Source: Squalus acanthias (lineage: Eukaryota). Taken from it: a stretch of 64,000 nucleotides of DNA. Each line of letters begins with the position of its first letter. Position 1 is the stretch's first letter. The notes beneath the pieces were generated by a model that saw nothing but the letters and a program-made list of their open reading frames with translations, did no database searches and was not told where the DNA came from. Shown piece by piece: positions 62,551-64,000 of this stretch. Where the stretch lies: positions 152,770,001-152,834,000 of the forward strand of contig CM059432.1 in NCBI GenBank assembly GCA_030390025.1, read 5' to 3'. The position numbers were made by a program, and so were the translations under genes.

Positions 62551-64000
62551 CTAGAAATAGTAGATGCATTGCTGATCATCTTCCAACATTCGATGGAATC
62601 TGGAACTGTACCCATGGATTGGAGGGTAGCTAATGTTACCCCACTATTCAAAAAGGGTGGTAGAGAGAAAGCGGGGAATTACAGACCGGTAAGCCTGACA
62701 TCGGTAGTGGGGAAAATGCTAGAGTCCATTATAAAGGATGTAATAGCTGAGCACTTGGAAAACAGTGACAGGATCGGACAAAGTCAACATGGATTTACAA
62801 AAGGTAAATCGTGCTTGACTAATCTACTGGAATTTTTTGAGGATGTAACTGGGAAAATAGATAAGGGAGAATCAGTAGATGTGGTGTATTTGGACTTTCA
62901 AAAGGCTTTCAATAAGGTCCCGCATAAGAGATTAGCGGGTAAAGTTAAGGCACATGGGATTGGGGGCAAGGTATTGACTTGGATAGAGAACTGGTTGGCG
63001 GACAGAAAGCAGAGAGTAGGAATTAATGGGTCTTTTTCCGAGTGGCAAGCAGTGACTAGTGGGGTACCGCAGGGATCAGTCCTTGGACCCCAGCTATTCA
63101 CAATATACATTAATGATCTAGATAAGGGAATTAAATGTAATATCTCCAAGTTTGCAGATGACACAAAGCTGGGTGGGAGTGTGTGCTGCGAGGAGGATAC
63201 CGAGAAACTCCAGGATGATCTGGACAGGTTGGGTGAGTGGGCAGAAGCGTGGCAGATGCAATATAACGTGGATAAGTGCGAGGTTATCCACTTTGGTGTC
63301 AAAAACAGAAAGGCAGACTATTATCTGAATGGCAATAGATTGGGAGAAGGGGAAGTGCAACGAGACCTGGGTATCCTTGTGCACCAGTCGCTGAAAGTAA
63401 GCATGCAGGTGCAGCAGGCGGTGAAGAAGGCAAATGGTATGTTGGCCTTCATAGCGAAAGGGTTTGAGTATAGGAACAGGGATGTCCTGCTGCAGTTGTA
63501 CAGGGCCTTGGTGAGACCACACCTTGAGTACTGTGTGCAGTTTTGGTCGCCTTATCTGAGGAAGGATGTTCTTGCCATGGAAGGAGTTCAGCGAAGATTC
63601 ACAAGGCTGATACCTGGGATGGCAGGAATGACATATGAGGAGAGATTGGGTCGATTGGGCTTATACTCACTGGAGTATAGAAGAATGAGAGGGGATCTCA
63701 TCGAAACATATAAAATTCTGACAGGTCTGGACAAACTAGATGCAGGAAGAATGTTCCCGATGGTCGGAGAGTCCAGAACCAGGGGTCATAATCTACGGAT
63801 AACGGGTAAACCATTTAGGACAGAAATGAGGAAGAATTTCTTCACCCAGAGAGTGGTGAACCTGTGGAATTCTCTACCACAGAAGGTAGTTGAGGCGAAG
63901 TCATTAAATATATTCAAGGATGAGTTAGATATATTTCTTAAAGCTAAAGGTATCAAGGGATATGGGGAGAAGGCAGGTACAGGGTACTGAGTTTAGATGA
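62551..64000 (+). mobile_element. Young 5'-truncated CR1 LINE (family C) with uninterrupted RT ORF to the stop at 63990
   Basis: About 479 codons without stop or frameshift: NYRPVSLTS, YLDFQKAFNKVPH, GVPQGSVLGP, KFADDTK, RRMRGDLIETYK. 3' UTR runs off the window. Confidence 0.96.

Noticed and set aside
61237..64000. Twin-priming 5' inversion of a single CR1
   Set aside because: The two arms are different subfamilies and overlap in the same RT region.

Overview
Vertebrate genomic DNA, most likely from a cartilaginous fish (shark-type Deu-domain SINEs, CR1 and L2 LINEs, Penelope-type hairpin elements). The whole window lies inside one + strand gene, GLI3. Four coding exons are readable at 10597-10702, 46597-46802, 51160-51306 and 57087-57288. 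They have canonical AG/GT ends, compatible phases and lengths of 106/206/147/202 nt, matching human GLI3 exons 4-7 as I recall them, and include the SYGHL SUFU-binding motif. The rest is intron: many SINE/LINE fragments, several minisatellites and some TE-free, CNE-like blocks. The most striking finding is an 887-bp non-autonomous hAT element (40387-41273, 15-bp TIRs, perfect 8-bp TSD) carrying a captured piece of another gene: the CCAAT-rich promoter, first coding exon and intron-1 donor of BRK1 (BRICK1), oriented antisense to GLI3 (a Pack-TIR). Other findings: two sense-strand Penelope-type minimal hammerhead ribozyme motifs flanking exon 5; a 1.5-kb G4/i-motif minisatellite grown inside the loop of a 31-bp inverted repeat; an LF-SINE-like element; a perfect 50-bp-arm Penelope hairpin with a nearby 44-bp mini-copy; nested SINEs; and chimeric or head-to-head LINE junctions. 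All protein and consensus comparisons were made by eye from memory, not by database search.
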